Assembly: GCA_003212925.1 (NCBI GenBank)
Contig: QCOL01000001.1
Coordinates: 69,145 to 133,144, forward strand
Direction: 5' to 3'
Length of the DNA stretch: 64,000 nt
DNA from: Pelagibacteraceae bacterium AG-430-P08
GTDB taxonomy: Bacteria; Pseudomonadota; Alphaproteobacteria; Pelagibacterales; Pelagibacteraceae
Under the pieces are notes generated by a model. That model had not been told where the DNA came from and did no database searches. It saw only the letters and a list, made by a program, of their open reading frames with translations. This document shows positions 8,398 through 17,630 of the stretch, in pieces. The position numbers and the translations under genes were made by a program. The stretch's first letter is position 1; each line of letters starts with the position of its first letter.

Positions 8398-9168
8398 ATG
8401 AGTAAGATCCAAATTATCTCTGATAAGAATAGTAGATCCTCAAATATAAAAAAATCATTAATTAAGATATTAAAAAAAAAGGAAGTAAAAAAACCAAATC
8501 TAATAATCGTTATTGGTGGCGATGGTTTTATGCTTCAAACTTTAAAAAAAAATAGAAATTCAACAAAATCCTTTTATGGAATAAATTCTGGAAATTATGG
8601 TTTTTTAATGAATAAATATTCATCAAATAATTTAATAAAAAATTTATCAAAAGCTAAGATGATTTCAATTTCACCATTAGAAATGACAGTGAGTAATAAA
8701 AATAATCAAAATAAAAAACACATCGCAATCAATGAAGTATCAATTTTACGACAAAGCCGTCAAGCAGCATCGTTATCAATAGATTATGGATCTAAAAAAT
8801 TAATTAAGAATTTAGTTTCTGATGGTGTTTTGGTTTCTACGCCTGCTGGAAGTACAGCTTATAATTTATCTGTACATGGACCTATTTTGGGTCTTAATTC
8901 AAAAAAGTTATCAATCTCACCCATAAGTGCTTTTAGGCCACGAAGATGGAAAGGCAAAATAGTAAGCGATAGATCAAAAATAATTATTAAAAATTTAAAC
9001 CCTAAAAAAAGACCTATTAGTGCAGTGGCTGATAATATTGAAGTAAGAAATGCTAAAAAAATAATTATTAAAACAAATAAGAATATCAAATTCAATCTTT
9101 TGTATGACAAAAATAGAAGTTTACAAAAGAAAATAAAAATAGAACAAATAAGACGTGAAACATCTTGA
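8398..9168 (+). CDS. nadK: NAD kinase
   Basis: GGDG, NE, DG...TPAGSTAYNLSVHGP motifs; start moved to ATG 8398 because the ORF-track start lies inside the tRNA. Confidence 0.92.
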   Translation: MSKIQIISDKNSRSSNIKKSLIKILKKKEVKKPNLIIVIGGDGFMLQTLKKNRNSTKSFYGINSGNYGFLMNKYSSNNLIKNLSKAKMISISPLEMTVSNKNNQNKKHIAINEVSILRQSRQAASLSIDYGSKKLIKNLVSDGVLVSTPAGSTAYNLSVHGPILGLNSKKLSISPISAFRPRRWKGKIVSDRSKIIIKNLNPKKRPISAVADNIEVRNAKKIIIKTNKNIKFNLLYDKNRSLQKKIKIEQIRRETS

Positions 9169-9187
9169 TTTAAAGTAAAATTTAAAA

Positions 9188-11398
9188 ATGAAAAAGTTTT
9201 TTTTATTTGTTTTATTTTTTTTAACTTTATTGAGTTCTAATTCATTTGCTGAATTTACTTTTGTTCAAACAAAAAATGTAGCATTAGATACTCCTGGTAT
9301 TAGGGGAATAAACTTTAAGCCAGATGGCACCAGAATGTATATAACAAATCGTTATGATGATCAAAAAGCTTATTTAATTGAATATTCACTTAGTAAACCA
9401 TTTGATATTAGCACAGCAACAATTTCTTTTACAGGAGGTAAACCAAAAGGAACTGCATTAGCTTGTAATGGAGCTGGAGATGATAATCAAATGGAATTAC
9501 CCCACGCAATTGAATTTAAGCCAGATGGTACACGAATGTTTGTAACCACGAATAAGGATTTCGGTGAAGGAGAGATCGGTGTTGCAGTGTTTCAATTTCA
9601 ATTAACGACCCCTTGGGACTCAACCACATTAGTTTGTGAAAAAATATATGAAGTAGACGTCGATGGTACAGGTGCTGAGGATCAAGTAAGAACTTTAGAT
9701 TTTAAACCAGACGGTACAAGAATGTATGTAGGGGGAAAGAAAAAACATAAAATAAGACAATATGATTTAGCAACTCCTTTTGATCTTAGATCTGGAGTTA
9801 CCCCAGGAGGAATTTCAGACTCATTAGAGAGTTTTGAGGACAATATGAGAGATATTCAATTTAATCCAGATGGAACTCAAATGTTCTTAACTGGTAATGA
9901 GAGAAATAGTGGACTAATGCAAAAATTCAGTCTAAGCACACCATACGATATAACCACTTTATCCTCTACCACTGAAACATTTTCTTTAACATCACCTTCA
10001 GACTCAAATCTTGTAAATAATTTGATGGGTTTTATTTTTGCTGTAAATTTTACAAAAATTTTTGTAACTAGTGACGATGGAAATAATGATGATGCAGGTA
10101 ATGACAATCAAATCCATGAATTTGATATCGATTGTGCAGGTACAATAACTTGCGCTGATCCTTCTGCTAATGCTGATGTGAAAGCTATCATTGAGGCAAA
10201 TGTTGAGTCTGCTAAACGTATAATTAGAAACAATACTCTTCCGATATTTCATAGGACTGAATGGTTAAGAAGACATAAAAACAAAGATAATCTTAATAAC
10301 CTTAATGCAGAGATAGATTTTACAAATGAAAAAATTGCAAGATTAGTAAGTGCTTTAGAATCTCTTAAAAAAGAAAAAGATAGAACTTATAGTAGTGATG
10401 ATTGGTTTCAGTGGAGCGAAGGAAGAATAAGTTTAGGTGAAAAAAGTGCAATAAGTGGGTCTTCTCGAGATATTCATGGTTACGGCATTTCAATTGGTGC
10501 GGATAAAATCAAAAAAGAAGATCGAGATGAAATGTACGGTTATGTTTTTCAATATGGAAATGATGATGTTGACATTGGAGGTAACGGGACGAACCTAAGC
10601 ACGGATACATACAGTATAGCTATGTATAATACAAAATTTAAAGATAATGAATCTTTTACTGATAGTATTATTGGATTTAGTTTACTAGATATCAATCATA
10701 GAAGAGTAATTAATAACAACACATTAAAAGGTGATAGAGCTGGACAACAGATATTTGGCTCAATTAATTTTGGAAAAAGATTGCACGATGAAAAAATGAA
10801 TTTAAGCCCAGGGATTAAAATAGATTTAGGGTATACAAAATTAAGAGAATTTAGAGAGAAAACCACACTTGGTGATAGTTTGGCAGATGCTTTGATTTAT
10901 AAAGATCAAAATATCAAAACAGCTTTAGCTACAATTGGTTTTCTTTTTGATACAGAAAATAAGCAAGAGGAAAGAACAACCAATCATCACGGAAGAATTG
11001 AATATGTTGGAGATTTTAGTCCATCATCTAACGCTGAGTTTATTTACAGGAATGATCAGGCAACTGGCTACAATTATAGTACAAATAATAAGTCCAAACA
11101 TAATTACAGGATAGGTTATGGTTTCGACATAACTTCAATATCAGGCTGGTCTGTTGTAACTAATTTTGAAAGATTTGGTAATAGCGGAAAAGGTTTTTAT
11201 AATGAGTTTTATTTATTGATTGGATATGTTCCTATTGATGATATCAAATTTACATTTGATATCGATAATTCAAGTTCAACAAGCTTAGGTTTTGTTAACA
11301 AAATAAATAATTATAATTTTAAAATTAATTCAAATTTCGATTTTTTAAGTGATGTAAAGAATTACAATACCAAAGTATCTGTAAGTAATAAATTTTAG
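9188..11398 (+). CDS. autotransporter-like outer membrane protein with beta-propeller passenger (paralog of 2963-5068)
   Basis: Signal peptide (SFA-E); F(K/N)PDGT(R/Q)M repeats with LS(K/T)P(F/Y)DI; WLRRH linker, WSEG barrel start, DFSPSS, GYVP, terminal Phe. Confidence 0.75.
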   Translation: MKKFFLFVLFFLTLLSSNSFAEFTFVQTKNVALDTPGIRGINFKPDGTRMYITNRYDDQKAYLIEYSLSKPFDISTATISFTGGKPKGTALACNGAGDDNQMELPHAIEFKPDGTRMFVTTNKDFGEGEIGVAVFQFQLTTPWDSTTLVCEKIYEVDVDGTGAEDQVRTLDFKPDGTRMYVGGKKKHKIRQYDLATPFDLRSGVTPGGISDSLESFEDNMRDIQFNPDGTQMFLTGNERNSGLMQKFSLSTPYDITTLSSTTETFSLTSPSDSNLVNNLMGFIFAVNFTKIFVTSDDGNNDDAGNDNQIHEFDIDCAGTITCADPSANADVKAIIEANVESAKRIIRNNTLPIFHRTEWLRRHKNKDNLNNLNAEIDFTNEKIARLVSALESLKKEKDRTYSSDDWFQWSEGRISLGEKSAISGSSRDIHGYGISIGADKIKKEDRDEMYGYVFQYGNDDVDIGGNGTNLSTDTYSIAMYNTKFKDNESFTDSIIGFSLLDINHRRVINNNTLKGDRAGQQIFGSINFGKRLHDEKMNLSPGIKIDLGYTKLREFREKTTLGDSLADALIYKDQNIKTALATIGFLFDTENKQEERTTNHHGRIEYVGDFSPSSNAEFIYRNDQATGYNYSTNNKSKHNYRIGYGFDITSISGWSVVTNFERFGNSGKGFYNEFYLLIGYVPIDDIKFTFDIDNSSSTSLGFVNKINNYNFKINSNFDFLSDVKNYNTKVSVSNKF

Positions 11399-11400
11399 AT

Positions 11401-11517
11401 ATGAGTCATGATACTTTTACACTAATAGAACTTCTTAATGTTTTAGCAGTTATAGGTGTTTTATCGGAAGTGGGAGTTGTTGCTTATAATGGGTCAGATG
11501 CATATATAAAATACTAA
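11401..11517 (+). pseudogene. degenerate type IV prepilin N-terminus (38 aa)
   Basis: MSHDTFTLIELLNVLAVIGVLSEVGVVAYNGSDAYIKY*; FTLIELL N-methylation motif with Glu+5, but no Gly at -1 and an early stop. Confidence 0.65.
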
Positions 11518-11571
11518 ATGAAAGATTGATTATTTAATTAAATCAATTAAATTTATATAAAATAACTATTT

Positions 11572-12579
11572 ATGATTCATATATTAAAAGATGTTGTAAA
11601 CCCAATTAATTGGATCAAGATTGTTAAAAATCCATCTAGATTTATAAAAGTTTTTAATGACAGAATTAATTATTATCCAGGTTTACAATTTGGCTATACG
11701 AAATCTAAAATAATTAAAAAATTATATATGAGTTTGAATGTTTTCTTTGCCAAAAAAAATAAACATTTTAAAGAATTTTTTTTTAATACTGGAAATAATA
11801 AAACTGAAATTAATACAAATTTTAACTTAAATGGAATGCATGATATTAATGAAATTCAATTTCAGAGTCTAAAACAAAATGGTATTTTAGTTTTAGAGAA
11901 TGCGCTTACAGAACATGAACACAACAAAATAACTGAAAATTTTAATAAATTTAAGGATGATTTAAGTAATAATAAAATTGATGAGTACAAACATATGAAC
12001 CTCAAGATAATTAAAGGTCCAAATCTTAGATCTTCATACACAATAAATTCTGATCTTGACACTGAATCTAATTTAAAAAAAATTAGTGATCAAATTACTA
12101 AAAAAATTTATGGGCAGGCAATTAAACCTTCACTAACGTATGGACATAATAAATTAACAAATTTACCTGATACACCTGTGCCTGGTGACAATACTTGGCA
12201 TGCAGACAGATACATTCCAAACTTGAAATTGTTATATTTCCCGCTTGGTACTCCTGAGGGCTCACCTTTTAGATATTCATTAGGAACACATAAAATCAAT
12301 AAAGAATATTTGAATTTTTTTCTTAACAAAACGGAGTCAGGGAATGGAACTGGAACAATAGAAACTGATGCAGATAAAAAAAAATTTTTAAAAAATACTC
12401 AAGAATTTAATGTTCAGCCGAATACATTAATTGCAGTATTAAGCAATGGCTTTCATGGTAGAACACCCTTTAAAACTAAAGGAGAAAGGTGTGTTTTATA
12501 TTTAATGTACAGTCAATTCAGGCTTTCGTCTTTAATTTCTTACTGGAAGTATAATCGTAGTTATAAGTTGAATTCATAA
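11572..12579 (+). CDS. PhyH-like Fe(II)/2-oxoglutarate dioxygenase
   Basis: NGILVLENAL, WHAD (HxD), GTHK, and distal FHGR His. Confidence 0.7.
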   Translation: MIHILKDVVNPINWIKIVKNPSRFIKVFNDRINYYPGLQFGYTKSKIIKKLYMSLNVFFAKKNKHFKEFFFNTGNNKTEINTNFNLNGMHDINEIQFQSLKQNGILVLENALTEHEHNKITENFNKFKDDLSNNKIDEYKHMNLKIIKGPNLRSSYTINSDLDTESNLKKISDQITKKIYGQAIKPSLTYGHNKLTNLPDTPVPGDNTWHADRYIPNLKLLYFPLGTPEGSPFRYSLGTHKINKEYLNFFLNKTESGNGTGTIETDADKKKFLKNTQEFNVQPNTLIAVLSNGFHGRTPFKTKGERCVLYLMYSQFRLSSLISYWKYNRSYKLNS

Positions 12580-13488
12580 AAAACTAAATAGTCTTTCAAG
12601 TATTTTTATTTGCTCTGCTTCCATATTTTTTTTTGTTTTTTTAAATTCATTTTTTGCCTTAAGAATAAAACCATATCCTAACAACATAATAATATCTCTT
12701 AAATCATAATATTTTTTATCATGTATATAATAACAATCAGATTGAGTTACTTCATTTCTAGATATTGGGTTGTGATAATCACCATTTAAAAAAATATCTT
12801 TTTCACTTCCAATTTTTTTATTTTCTCTATAAACAGAGTAAATAGTATTTAATTTATATTTATTTCTTTTTAAAAAATTGTGAACTGGTAAAAAAGTATC
12901 ACCTACCAAAGAATTATCAAAGTTGAGCTCAACTTCAATTATTAATGGTTTATTTTTCTTTAAAATAGATTTTAAAATTTTAAATTCATAGCCCTCAACA
13001 TCAATTTTAATGATATCTGGATTTTTTAAATTATATTTCTTTTTAAAAGTTTCAAAATCATAAACTTGTTTTAATATTTTTTTTTGATTTCCGTAATAAT
13101 TTTCATCATAGTCTTTTTCTCTTTTTTTAAAATCTATAAAAGAAGAACCTGTGGATTGTTTAGCTGGGTAATAAAATTTTTTTTCGTTTTTATCAGAAAT
13201 TGCAACTTTATATTTTTTAATAGATTTTTTGTCTAAAAAAAGTTTTTTTAAGTTTCTATAAGATATTTCAAGATTATCATTCGGATCTAATAGGTGTATA
13301 ATGCTCACTCCATCAAATTTTAATAAAGTAGGTAAATATCTAAGCCCTGCTCCAAAATCATAAATTTGGATTTTGTTAAATCTATTTAATTTTTTAAATA
13401 GCTTTGAAATTTTTTTTGATTTGTAATTGAAAATTTTCTTATTAAAATATTTATAAAACTTATTTATAATAAACATTAAGTAATGCAT
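12574..13488 (-). CDS. FkbM-family methyltransferase
   Basis: YDFGAG SAM motif, VAISD, IKIDVEGYE, IIEVE. Confidence 0.8.
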   Translation of the reverse strand: MHYLMFIINKFYKYFNKKIFNYKSKKISKLFKKLNRFNKIQIYDFGAGLRYLPTLLKFDGVSIIHLLDPNDNLEISYRNLKKLFLDKKSIKKYKVAISDKNEKKFYYPAKQSTGSSFIDFKKREKDYDENYYGNQKKILKQVYDFETFKKKYNLKNPDIIKIDVEGYEFKILKSILKKNKPLIIEVELNFDNSLVGDTFLPVHNFLKRNKYKLNTIYSVYRENKKIGSEKDIFLNGDYHNPISRNEVTQSDCYYIHDKKYYDLRDIIMLLGYGFILKAKNEFKKTKKNMEAEQIKILERLFSFL

Positions 13489-13624
13489 TTTTTACAATTA
13501 AATAACTTATAATATAATTTTTAACAATCAGTATAAAAGTTAAAATTATACTCATAGGTCATTTTCTCTGTAGACTTTAATTCATATTATAACTAGTATT
13601 TAAAATTAGTTAACCAATAAATAA

Positions 13625-14533
13625 ATGATAAATTTCTTAAAAAAAAAAATATATAGATTTTTTCAAAAAATAATAATTAGATTATTACCGAACAATCGCA
13701 GATTAATTATACCGGAAATTTACAAATTTTATGTCGTAAAAAAAGATAAAAATTGGAATTCATCAAATATGGACGAAAATGACATCTTTTTAAGAGATTT
13801 CGTTGTTAATTTTTTACCTTTTGTCTTGAAAAAAAAATTTTTCTACACTCCTAAAGACAGTTCTATTAAATTTTTTGATTTTGGATGTGGTTGGGCACCT
13901 ATGGCCATCTCCTTAAAAATATTTAATGACTCTTCTAATTCAAAAATAAGTTATCAGGGTTTAGATATTATGCCTGATTGTATCAATTTTTTGTCTGATA
14001 AATTTAAAGATGATCCTAATTTTTCTTTTTTACATCATGATGTCACTGATAAAGTTAATTACATATTGCAAACAATAAATAATGATAAAACTCAGTCATC
14101 GTCCGATGGGAAAGAAGGTAATTTTTTTCATCTTTTAAAAGACAAATGTAATTTACAATGGAGCTCATCGGTTTTTACGCATTTAACATCAGCTGCAGCA
14201 CAAGAAGCTTTGATGAGCATAGCTAAAGTATCAGAAAAAAGCTGTATACAAATAAATACTTGGCTTATTATTGACTGCTTTTCACGGCTTAGTTTATTAA
14301 CAAGTCAATGTGATCGTCGGTATCCTTATGATTATGGTGACTATATGTCTAGATCAAATAAAAATCCACTAAATGGAGTCGCATTTAAAATTGAGAAGAT
14401 TGAAGAGTTTTATGCCAATGCAAATTTGCAAATATTAGAAATTCAAAGAGGCTCTTGGCGAGGTGGAAATTATTCAAATGACGCAAGTCATTATCAAGAT
14501 ATAATTATATCTCGACCTATCCTTAAAACTTAA
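13625..14533 (+). CDS. class I SAM-dependent methyltransferase
   Basis: FDFGCG, YQGLDI, SSVFTHL, GSWRG...YQDII motifs. Confidence 0.75.
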   Translation: MINFLKKKIYRFFQKIIIRLLPNNRRLIIPEIYKFYVVKKDKNWNSSNMDENDIFLRDFVVNFLPFVLKKKFFYTPKDSSIKFFDFGCGWAPMAISLKIFNDSSNSKISYQGLDIMPDCINFLSDKFKDDPNFSFLHHDVTDKVNYILQTINNDKTQSSSDGKEGNFFHLLKDKCNLQWSSSVFTHLTSAAAQEALMSIAKVSEKSCIQINTWLIIDCFSRLSLLTSQCDRRYPYDYGDYMSRSNKNPLNGVAFKIEKIEEFYANANLQILEIQRGSWRGGNYSNDASHYQDIIISRPILKT

Positions 14534-14546
14534 CTTTTAGGGAATA

Positions 14547-14804
14547 ATGAAAAAACTTTTAGGGATCGTGGTTCTTGGTTTGTTGTTAAGTGGTAATGCT
14601 TATGCAGAAATGGAAAGCTTACCAGAAGGCACAACAGTTAATCAGTTGATTAAAGAAGGTTATAAACTTATTGATACAGATAGTGTTGCTTGGTCAGATA
14701 ACGATGGTTATGGATCTGTTGGAACATTTTATCATTTAATGAAAAGAAATGAACTAGTGACTTGTGGTGTTGGAAATGGAAAAGTTTCTTGCTGGAAACC
14801 TTAA
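14547..14804 (+). CDS. small secreted hypothetical protein
   Basis: Signal peptide MKKLLGIVVLGLLLSGNAYA; AGGGA upstream; mature part about 65 aa with a C-terminal Cys pair. Confidence 0.7.
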   Translation: MKKLLGIVVLGLLLSGNAYAEMESLPEGTTVNQLIKEGYKLIDTDSVAWSDNDGYGSVGTFYHLMKRNELVTCGVGNGKVSCWKP

Positions 14805-14831
14805 AAAAAAATTCTAAACGACTACTTGATT

Positions 14832-14861
14832 TGACAACAAACTGACAACAATCTGACAACA
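14832..14861. repeat. three TGACAACA repeats at 11-bp period
   Basis: Copies at 14832, 14843 and 14854, about 60-90 bp beyond the tRNA-Thr 3' end. Confidence 0.8.
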
Positions 14862-14918
14862 CTTATTGTCGTAAATTTAGGTTTTGCAAAAATAATTTTG
14901 ATAAAAAAGTAAGTGAAG

Positions 14919-14994
14919 TGGTGCCCCCGCACGGATTCGAACCGCGGACCTATTGATTACAAATCAATTGCTCTACCAGCTGAGCTACAAGGGC
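14919..14994 (-). tRNA. tRNA-Thr(TGT)
   Basis: Reverse complement GCCCTTGTAGCTCAGCTGGTAGAGC-A-ATTGA-TTTGTAA-TCAAT...GGTTCGAATCCG...GGGGGCACCA. Confidence 0.97.
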
Positions 14995-15027
14995 ATGCGC
15001 AATAATTATTAATAATTCCTTAATTAA

Positions 15028-15771
15028 TCAACTCTTTTTTTTTAAATAACTTAAATGATGAAACACAATTGCAGCACTATTTGAGATATTTAAGCTTTCA
15101 ATCTTACTATCAATGTCTATCTTTACTAAAAAATCAGCGTATTTTAATGTGTGTTGGTGCATACCAAATCCCTCAGAGCCGAATAAAAGAATATTGTTTC
15201 CTTTCCATTCTATTTTTGTGAAATCTTTATCACCGTTACCATCAAAACCATAAACCCAAAAATTTTTATCTTTAAGGTTTTTTAAAGTAGAATTAATGTT
15301 GGACACCTCAAAAATATTTATATATTCTATCGCTCCACTTGAAGCTTTATACATAAGTTTACTTTCATTAGGATAGTGTCTCTCCTTAATAATAATTCCA
15401 TCGATATTAAAGGACGCTGCACTTCTTATTAAAGCACCAATATTTCTAGGATCTGTTACCCCATCTAAACAAACTAAAGTGATATTATTTTTTTTTTTAA
15501 TAAATTCTTTAAGAATTGGTTTTTCCAAGTGCTCTATTTCAGCAACATATCCTTGATGTAACAAATTCTCTTTGGTGCTATATTTGTCTAATTCTTTTTT
15601 AGTTTTAAAATAAACCTTTACTTCATTTAGAAGGTTTTTTTTTGGGCTTTTTCGGTGGATATTTTTTTTACTTTCCTCTGTTAAAAAAACTCTTAATACC
15701 TTTCTTTTTGGATTTTTGAGAGCCTCTATAACAGCGTGTTGACCAACAATGAAAAATGACGATTTATTCAT
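15028..15771 (-). CDS. rlmB: 23S rRNA Gm2251 methyltransferase (TrmH/SpoU family)
   Basis: HQG, LDGVTDPRNIGALIRSA, GSEG, ESLNIS SPOUT motifs. Confidence 0.88.
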   Translation of the reverse strand: MNKSSFFIVGQHAVIEALKNPKRKVLRVFLTEESKKNIHRKSPKKNLLNEVKVYFKTKKELDKYSTKENLLHQGYVAEIEHLEKPILKEFIKKKNNITLVCLDGVTDPRNIGALIRSAASFNIDGIIIKERHYPNESKLMYKASSGAIEYINIFEVSNINSTLKNLKDKNFWVYGFDGNGDKDFTKIEWKGNNILLFGSEGFGMHQHTLKYADFLVKIDIDSKIESLNISNSAAIVFHHLSYLKKKS

Positions 15772-15900
15772 AATTATCCTATGTTTTATACGGTTTTTTT
15801 AATAATTTCCCACTAAATCACGTATTGCATTTGGGTAAATAAAATATATAAAACGCTTGTTGTTTGAAGCTTTATTGAACAAGGGGACACTTCCCCTAAG

Positions 15901-15986
15901 GGAGGGGTTCCAGAGCGGTCAAATGGGGCGGGCTGTAAACCCGTTGACTTCGGTCTTCGAAAGTTCGAATCTTTCCCCCTCCACCA
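15901..15986 (+). tRNA. tRNA-Tyr(GTA)
   Basis: GGAGGGG/CCCCTCC acceptor, GCGGG-CTGTAAA-CCCGT anticodon arm, long variable arm, CCA. Confidence 0.96.
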
Positions 15987-16031
15987 TTCAATAATTTTTA
16001 GACAATACTGGAGTGTTACTCTTGGGGTTGT

Positions 16032-16105
16032 GCGGGTGTAGTTCAATGGTAGAACGCTAGCCTTCCAAGCTGGATGTAAGGGTTCGATTCCCTTTACCCG
16101 CTCCA
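16032..16105 (+). tRNA. tRNA-Gly(TCC)
   Basis: GCGGGTG/TACCCGC acceptor, CTAGC-CTTCCAA-GCTGG anticodon arm, TCCA end. Confidence 0.96.
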
Positions 16106-16145
16106 AGAAAATAAATTTAAAATTTAAAAGTGAGGAAATAAAGTA

Positions 16146-17336
16146 ATGTCAAAAGAGAAGTTTGTAAGAAATAAACCACATTGTAATATTGGTACAATTG
16201 GTCATGTCGATCATGGTAAAACAACATTAACTGCAGCAATAACTAAAGTTCTATCAGAAACTGGTGGAGCACAAGCTGTAGCCTATGATCAAATTGATAA
16301 AGCTCCAGAGGAGAAAGAAAGAGGAATCACTATCTCTACTGCTCACGTTGAGTATGAAACAGAAAAAAGACATTATGCTCACGTTGATTGCCCAGGTCAT
16401 GCTGACTATGTAAAAAATATGATTACAGGTGCAGCACAAATGGATGGTGCTATCTTAGTAGTAAATGCTGCCGACGGACCTATGCCTCAAACAAGAGAGC
16501 ACATTCTTTTGGCAAGACAAGTTGGTGTTCCCGCAATTTGTGTTTACTTGAATAAAGTAGATCAAGTTGATGATAAAGAAATGATAGATCTTGTTGAAGA
16601 GGAAATAAGAGAGTTATTAACATCATACAAGTTCCCAGGTGATAAAACTCCAATAGCAAAAGGTTCTGCACTTGCAGCTGTTGAAGGAAGAGATGAGGAA
16701 ATTGGTAAAAAATCAATTTTAGAATTGATGAAAAATGTTGATGAATTTATTCCTCAACCAGATAGACCTAAAGATAAAGATTTTTTAATGCCGGTTGAAG
16801 ATGTATTTTCTATATCTGGAAGAGGTACAGTTGCAACAGGAAGAGTAGAATCTGGTGTTCTTAAAACTGGAGATGAACTTGAAATAGTTGGTATTAGAGA
16901 AACCAAAAAATCGGTTTGTACTGGTGTTGAAATGTTTAGGAAATTGTTAGACTCTGGTGAAGCTGGTGACAACGTTGGTGTTTTATTAAGAGGTGTTGAA
17001 AGAACTGATATTGAAAGAGGACAAGTTCTTTGTAAGCCTGGCTCTGTAACACCTCATACTAAATTTGAAGCACAAGCTTATGTATTGAAGAAAGAAGAGG
17101 GTGGAAGACACACACCATTCTTTACAAAATACAGACCACAATTTTATTTTAGAACTACAGATGTTACAGGTGAGGTTGAACTACCAGCTGGTACTGAAAT
17201 GGTAATGCCAGGTGATGATGCTAAATTTACGGTTAAACTAATCACTCCAATTGCAATGTCAGAAAAATTAAATTTTGCAATAAGAGAGGGTGGAAGAACT
17301 GTAGGAGCAGGAGTAGTAACAAAAATTATAGAGTAA
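16146..17336 (+). CDS. tuf: elongation factor Tu
   Basis: [20 protein letters not shown]; full length 396 aa. Confidence 0.99.
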   Translation: MSKEKFVRNKPHCNIGTIGHVDHGKTTLTAAITKVLSETGGAQAVAYDQIDKAPEEKERGITISTAHVEYETEKRHYAHVDCPGHADYVKNMITGAAQMDGAILVVNAADGPMPQTREHILLARQVGVPAICVYLNKVDQVDDKEMIDLVEEEIRELLTSYKFPGDKTPIAKGSALAAVEGRDEEIGKKSILELMKNVDEFIPQPDRPKDKDFLMPVEDVFSISGRGTVATGRVESGVLKTGDELEIVGIRETKKSVCTGVEMFRKLLDSGEAGDNVGVLLRGVERTDIERGQVLCKPGSVTPHTKFEAQAYVLKKEEGGRHTPFFTKYRPQFYFRTTDVTGEVELPAGTEMVMPGDDAKFTVKLITPIAMSEKLNFAIREGGRTVGAGVVTKIIE

Positions 17337-17345
17337 ACTCTCTAT

Positions 17346-17421
17346 AGGAGTGTAGCTCAATTGGTAGAGCGCCGGTCTCCAAAACCGGAGGCTGAGGGTT
17401 CGAGTCCCTCCGCTCCTGCCA
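17346..17421 (+). tRNA. tRNA-Trp(CCA)
   Basis: AGGAGTG/CGCTCCT acceptor, CCGGT-CTCCAAA-ACCGG anticodon arm; canonical tuf-trpT-secE position. Confidence 0.96.
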
Positions 17422-17438
17422 ATAAATAGAATTAGATT

Positions 17439-17630
17439 ATGAAAAACCCGATTAAATTTATTCAAGAGGTAAAACAAGAGGCATTTAAAGTCACTTGGCC
17501 AACTGGTAAAGAAACTCTTCAAGGTGCACTCATGGTTTTTGCTATGGCAGTTGTAATGTCGATATTTTTTTTACTACTGGACCAGGTATTAAAGTTTTTT
17601 TTAGAAATATTACTTAAAGTGAGTTTATAA
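17439..17630 (+). CDS. secE: preprotein translocase SecE
   Basis: EAFKVTWPT motif plus TM helix; synteny. Confidence 0.95.
   Translation: MKNPIKFIQEVKQEAFKVTWPTGKETLQGALMVFAMAVVMSIFFLLLDQVLKFFLEILLKVSL

Noticed and set aside
2963-11398. Diversity-generating retroelement acting on the autotransporter pair
   Set aside because: No reverse transcriptase, and no near-identical TR/VR pair with adenine-specific differences; similarity is at the protein-motif level only.
15813-16106. 97-aa minus-strand ORF
   Set aside because: It is the antisense reading of tRNA-Tyr and tRNA-Gly.
17268-17522. 84-aa minus-strand ORF
   Set aside because: Antisense to the tuf end, tRNA-Trp and secE.
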